Shown here one piece after another: positions 16,610 to 20,000 of a stretch of DNA of 20,000 nt. Each line of letters begins with the position of its first letter. The stretch's first letter is position 1. This stretch comes from an uncultured virus (IMG/VR IMGVR_UViG_3300030118_005494) (lineage: Duplodnaviria; Heunggongvirae; Uroviricota; Caudoviricetes), in the IMG/VR virus record IMGVR_UViG_3300030118_005494; one strand, given 5' to 3'. Under the pieces are notes generated by a model that did not search any database, was not told the origin of the DNA, and worked only from the letters and a program-made list of their open reading frames with translations. The position numbers and the translations under genes are program-made.

Positions 16610-16939
16610 CTAAATCTTTAATTTAACTAACGCTCGTTCTACTACTCGTTTAATTTCATCAGCATGACAACGCTTTGGTGTACAGTGACAAGTAATAATT
16701 ACATCATGACCGTTATAGACTAAATCAGCGATATGTTCTAACGCACCAAGAATTACTTCATCTTTAGCTTTAATACGTTCTTTGAGCCATACAGCATAAT
16801 TATCACATACTTCATCACGCATATGTTCACCATACATTTTATATGGATTACCAAGCACACTAGTTCTGTCTACTCGAATTACTTTAGATGTTCTAGGATG
16901 CGAAGCTCTTACTCTACCTACTTTTAAACTACCATTCAT
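16610..16939 (-). CDS. DUF4326 domain protein
   Basis: RVDR.SVLGNPY, RDEVCD.Y..WL and CHC.PKRCHAD motifs. Confidence 0.85.
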   Translation of the reverse strand: MNGSLKVGRVRASHPRTSKVIRVDRTSVLGNPYKMYGEHMRDEVCDNYAVWLKERIKAKDEVILGALEHIADLVYNGHDVIITCHCTPKRCHADEIKRVVERALVKLKI

Positions 16940-16951
16940 AGATATCTCCTC

Positions 16952-16978
16952 AATAAAAATAAGGTGCCCGAAGACACC
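16952..16978 (-). terminator. intrinsic terminator with UUCG tetraloop
   Basis: Minus strand GGUGUC-UUCG-GGCACC (one U-G pair) followed by UUAUUUUUAUU. Confidence 0.75.
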
Positions 16979-16985
16979 CTATTGA

Positions 16986-17261
16986 TTAATCGCAATCATC
17001 ATGAATATTAACTTCACCATGCATTACATTTGCGTACAGAATGAAACCTTCACGAGGATAAACACCATCCTCAAGAGTAGTATCATTAATAAAGTTCCAT
17101 AACTTTGGTATTACCCATTCATCACCTAATAACAAACTAAGCTGACCTACTTTACGTTGTTCATCAGAGTATTTGTGATTGGTTTCATTTAGGGTTAATA
17201 CATGTACATTTAGATGATTAACATCTTCTACATATACAACACGTTCAGGTGGAAAATTCAT
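16986..17261 (-). CDS. hypothetical early protein
   Basis: Start moved to ATG 17261, which has a GGAG RBS. Confidence 0.7.
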   Translation of the reverse strand: MNFPPERVVYVEDVNHLNVHVLTLNETNHKYSDEQRKVGQLSLLLGDEWVIPKLWNFINDTTLEDGVYPREGFILYANVMHGEVNIHDDCD

Positions 17262-17288
17262 ATTAGTCTCCAAATATAAGTATCACCT

Positions 17289-17303
17289 ATATCCGAAGGA
17301 TAT
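17289..17303 (-). promoter_or_regulatory. virion-RNAP-type hairpin promoter
   Basis: Template ATATCC-GAA-GGATAT immediately upstream of the RBS of the 17261 gene, flanked by an AT-rich tract. Confidence 0.7.
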
Positions 17304-17560
17304 TTCATGTATTATTTTAGAGTATATAATAGATATTAAATAATATATATAAGTAAATAAGATATAAATAGAGATAAACCTAATTATGCAGTAAATAAGG
17401 TACTCAGTAACATAGTAGTTACACAGAGTATAATAACTAAATACACAGTGTGTAATACAATATAAATATCTATATCCCCTATATAGAATTAATAATATTA
17501 ATAGTAATTTATATCTTAATAATCTGTGCTATCTAAGATAGTGTTGTGTTGTGTGCTCTT

Positions 17561-17591
17561 AAAAAATAAAAGAGAGTAGCCGAAGCTACTC
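17561..17591 (-). terminator. intrinsic terminator with UUCG tetraloop after the first early gene
   Basis: Minus strand GAGUAGC-UUCG-GCUACUC followed by a U-rich tail. Confidence 0.8.
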
Positions 17592-17598
17592 AATTATA

Positions 17599-17874
17599 TT
17601 AATTAGATTTAGACTTAGCTGAGTCATCCTCGATACCTAACTCATCCTGTAAGTCTTGATACTTCGACTCAAGTTTGAGCATTTCAGACTCTGACCAGTA
17701 ATGAGAATGTTCTTCCATCACCTTAGTCACATTGTCTAACGAACGCATAGTACGTTCACCTGATGTAAAGGCATAACCAATCATGGAGAACAATGCACGT
17801 AACATACCGAAGAATCCAATACGCTCTTGACCATTGTTGTCATGAGAAGTCTGCTTAGTCATAGATTTAGCCAT
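17599..17874 (-). CDS. first early gene product, resembling the gp1-type first ORF of N4-like phages
   Basis: Lies between a hairpin promoter and a terminator; amphipathic LF.M....F..GE.T...LDN.....EE.S pattern recalled from N4-like first genes. Confidence 0.6.
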   Translation of the reverse strand: MAKSMTKQTSHDNNGQERIGFFGMLRALFSMIGYAFTSGERTMRSLDNVTKVMEEHSHYWSESEMLKLESKYQDLQDELGIEDDSAKSKSN

Positions 17875-17923
17875 GATATATATCCTTGTAGTTAACTAGT
17901 TAAGTGGGGTACGTACCCATTTG

Positions 17924-17936
17924 TATGCGAAGCATA
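17924..17936 (-). promoter_or_regulatory. virion-RNAP-type hairpin promoter (first early promoter)
   Basis: Template TATGC-GAA-GCATA; the GCGAAGC core matches the N4 P1-type hairpin. Confidence 0.75.
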
Positions 17937-18215
17937 TACCGGGGGGATATTTAATTTTTAGTTCCTAAACATGTAGTACTACCTTAGTACTTAACTAGCA
18001 CAATTTTCCCTATGATTTTTATTATATATTATATATACATTACAGGAAATTTATTTCTACTATCTATTCCTAAGTATATATGTATATATGTCTAACGTAG
18101 AGGTACGAAGTGAAGTCCGTAGGACTGTAGCGTAGTATCCTCGGAGTGTTCTTCTATTATATATAGGGGAAGATATGACATAAGTTATTGTTGTTTGGTT
18201 AAATTTAGTTTTTAT

Positions 18216-18264
18216 GAACCAGTCGTTTTGACCGGTTCTTATAGAGCCAGTCATTTTGACTGGT
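18216..18264. repeat. two tandem palindromic repeats CCAGTCRTTTTGACYGGT (operator- or iteron-like)
   Basis: Copies at 18219-18236 and 18247-18264, 28-bp period, each self-complementary. Confidence 0.75.
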
Positions 18265-18287
18265 ACTTAAATTTTCAGGTATTAAGT

Positions 18288-18303
18288 TGGCACGGTATTT
18301 GCT
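18288..18303 (+). promoter_or_regulatory. sigma-54 (RpoN) -24/-12 element
   Basis: TGGCAC-GGTAT-TTGCT matches the consensus TGGCAC-N5-TTGCW with exact GG/GC spacing; intergenic and facing the + strand genes. Confidence 0.7.
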
Positions 18304-18318
18304 ATGTGATTTTGGTTA

Positions 18319-18348
18319 TTGACATAGGAAAGATCTTTCGTCTATAGT
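18319..18348 (+). promoter_or_regulatory. sigma-70 promoter with a palindromic spacer
   Basis: TTGACA-18 nt-TATAGT; the spacer contains the perfect palindrome GAAAGATCTTTC (18328-18339). Confidence 0.7.
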
Positions 18349-18379
18349 GAAGACTCTTAAAACACATAGGATGATTATT

Positions 18380-18634
18380 ATGGTTGTTATATTGCTGAGA
18401 AAAGATACTCGTAGAGAAGTACTGAAAGATATTAAACCAGAAGGTATAGAGATGTTGGATTCAGGGTTAATGTTTATAAGTACACAGCCAGAGAAGTATT
18501 ACTACTGTAGTCATGAAGTTTTGGTTTCATTTAGCACAATGTCAGATGAAAAATATGAGAAGACACAAGACCCGGCGAATAAACCTCCATACGGTGGTCC
18601 TAGATATTCTTCTAATAATCCATACGGAGAATAA
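18380..18634 (+). CDS. hypothetical protein
   Basis: Start moved to ATG 18380 (AGGA upstream) because the GTG at 18347 lies inside the -10 box. Confidence 0.65.
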   Translation: MVVILLRKDTRREVLKDIKPEGIEMLDSGLMFISTQPEKYYYCSHEVLVSFSTMSDEKYEKTQDPANKPPYGGPRYSSNNPYGE

Positions 18635-18636
18635 TA

Positions 18637-18774
18637 ATGAATCCTTGCCCAAGATGTAATAGCAAAAATACATGGGATGATGAAACCATGTGGGGGTGTA
18701 AAGACTGTGGTTGGATGGGTAGTAATACTCCAAGCCCATTCATAGTTACAGGAATACTAAATGCAATACTTTAA
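18637..18774 (+). CDS. small zinc-ribbon protein (45 aa), missing from the ORF track
   Basis: GGAG RBS; MNPCPRCNSKNTWDDETMWGCKDCGW... Confidence 0.7.
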   Translation: MNPCPRCNSKNTWDDETMWGCKDCGWMGSNTPSPFIVTGILNAIL

Positions 18775-19186
18775 ACATGTACCCAGTAGAGCTTTTATCA
18801 AAGTTGATTACAATGTAATTAATCACCCTAACCTTAGTGAAGGTGCACAATTGTTGTACATTAAATTGTGTAAATTACCACAAGGTAAGATGATTACAAA
18901 TTTAGAGTTATGTAAGTTATTTAGTATTGGTGAAAAGAAATTACTTAGCTGCAAGAGAGAACTTATTAGCTGTGGTTTTCTGGCTACAAGACAACTAACC
19001 AAAGAAATTTACATGACCTTTATTGGCACAACGTACAAACAAGCGGATGAAGTGGCAAATGAGTATTTTACAGAACGTAAAAAACATAATGATGAAGAAG
19101 TTACCCCAACAAGAACAGCAGAAGAAACTAAACGCTACGCTGAGTACATGGAAGCCCCAGTTCCCAATCGGATTATCGGTGACTGA
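18761..19186 (+). CDS. winged helix-turn-helix DNA-binding protein (HTH_36/replication-initiator N-terminus-like)
   Basis: F.KV...VI..PNLS..A.LLY..L...ELC..F.IG.......REL...GFL pattern. Confidence 0.75.
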   Translation: MQYFKHVPSRAFIKVDYNVINHPNLSEGAQLLYIKLCKLPQGKMITNLELCKLFSIGEKKLLSCKRELISCGFLATRQLTKEIYMTFIGTTYKQADEVANEYFTERKKHNDEEVTPTRTAEETKRYAEYMEAPVPNRIIGD

Positions 19187-19646
19187 AGACAATATTGAAG
19201 AATGGTTACACACCAGACTTACAACATTGCAGCTTCTACTGTGTCCACCCCAAGCGTACTTCTATGCTGGTTTAAATGGTAGGTATGCACGAGAACTTTC
19301 TGATTCTCTCGGACGTACTGATATCCAAATTGTGAAGAGTATTACGCAACTCGATGCCCGAGGTACAGCCAAAGTAATTTATGATCATCACCTGCTAACT
19401 GGAATTATTAGACACAACATCCATTCATGTTTGGCTAATGATATTGGGGAGCTAGGAGAAAAATTACGGGAAACAGAAAAAGAAGACCCGGAAACACATC
19501 AAAATAGAGTAGGGATAGAAACAGAAGCACACCCATACAAAAACAATAAAATAGTGTGGAAAGGGTTTGATATGGCAGGTTTCACTAGCACTAAAGCAAT
19601 AGACCCTGCAGCGTTTGGACTAGGAACTGTAACAACACACTTATAA
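19179..19646 (+). CDS. hypothetical protein (start uncertain)
   Basis: GTG at 19179 overlaps the previous stop; the upstream extension to 19023 overlaps another gene. Confidence 0.55.
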   Translation: MTEDNIEEWLHTRLTTLQLLLCPPQAYFYAGLNGRYARELSDSLGRTDIQIVKSITQLDARGTAKVIYDHHLLTGIIRHNIHSCLANDIGELGEKLRETEKEDPETHQNRVGIETEAHPYKNNKIVWKGFDMAGFTSTKAIDPAAFGLGTVTTHL

Positions 19647-19648
19647 TT

Positions 19649-19969
19649 ATGTTTAAAATTATTTGGATGAACATTTGGTTTAACTTTGATGACTGGTTTA
19701 CTTGGAGTATATCACCAGAAAGTAAATTCATTTATTTGGCTTTAACCAGAGTTACTGAAAATACAGAACATGACGCTAATGATTTATTCGAACATTTGGA
19801 CATTACTCAAGAATTATTTGAAGAATGTATTAGCGAACTCGAAGATAATGATTTAGTATATGTGAAAGAAATTTCAGATTGTGTTTTATTTGTTTTAGGT
19901 AGTAAAAAACATTCAGCTAAAGCAGCATATGAAAGATATCTTGAAACATATGACGATATTCAACAATAG
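19649..19969 (+). CDS. acidic winged-helix protein, paralogue-like to 18761..19186
   Basis: ISPESKFIYLAL...DL...L.I.......ISELEDNDLV pattern; AGGA RBS. Confidence 0.65.
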   Translation: MFKIIWMNIWFNFDDWFTWSISPESKFIYLALTRVTENTEHDANDLFEHLDITQELFEECISELEDNDLVYVKEISDCVLFVLGSKKHSAKAAYERYLETYDDIQQ

Positions 19970-19977
19970 GAACTACT

Positions 19978-20000
19978 ATGCAAAATTTACCAGAGTACAC
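19978..20000 (+). CDS. 5' fragment of the next gene (MQNLPEY...)
   Basis: AGGA RBS followed by ATG at 19978; truncated by the window edge. Confidence 0.5.

Noticed and set aside
16899..16906. GCGAAGC inside the DUF4326 gene
   Set aside because: Only a 2-bp stem and within coding sequence.
18060..18254. 64-aa minus-strand ORF in the divergent region, plus 18542..18739 and 18995..19213
   Set aside because: No clear SD; they overlap regulatory repeats or lie antisense to + strand genes.
19023..19186. Long overlap of ORF 19023 with the wHTH gene as a programmed frameshift
   Set aside because: No evident slippery site; a coupled GTG start at 19179 explains the arrangement more simply.
1..20000. 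CRISPR array, tRNA genes, integrase or transposase
   Set aside because: No regularly spaced repeats, cloverleaf with a T-loop in context, or recombinase motifs seen. GTTCGA at 13501 lacks a tRNA fold by eye; tRNAscan-SE would confirm.

Overview
AT-rich phage DNA from an N4-like podophage (Schitoviridae); the host cannot be determined from the sequence. About 17.9 kb of minus-strand genes run from the early region (small accessory genes, DUF4326, macrodomain, SLOG, gp2/Drc-like) through the split T7-like RNA polymerase II (RNAP1 and RNAP2) into middle genes (rIIA, rIIB, HNH, MazG-like, dNMP kinase, MoxR-like AAA ATPase, start of a DUF2201-like gene). A divergent non-coding control region at about 17.9-18.37 kb, possibly the genome-end junction, is followed by plus-strand genes that include two winged-helix paralogues. 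Two hairpin classes can be separated: C-GAA-G triloop DNA hairpins on the template strand (virion-RNAP-type promoters) and C(UUCG)G RNA hairpins or terminators. The top finding is a long RNA stem-loop just downstream of RNAP2 (8050-8131). Its apical region is complementary over 11 nt to the RNAP2 ribosome-binding region, making it a candidate antisense feedback regulator of the phage RNA polymerase. Other findings are a consensus sigma-54 promoter in tandem with a sigma-70 promoter and palindromic repeats, genes bracketed by duplicated 19-nt translation-initiation regions, and an unannotated 36-aa highly acidic peptide. Family calls come from motif recognition by eye, not from database searches.
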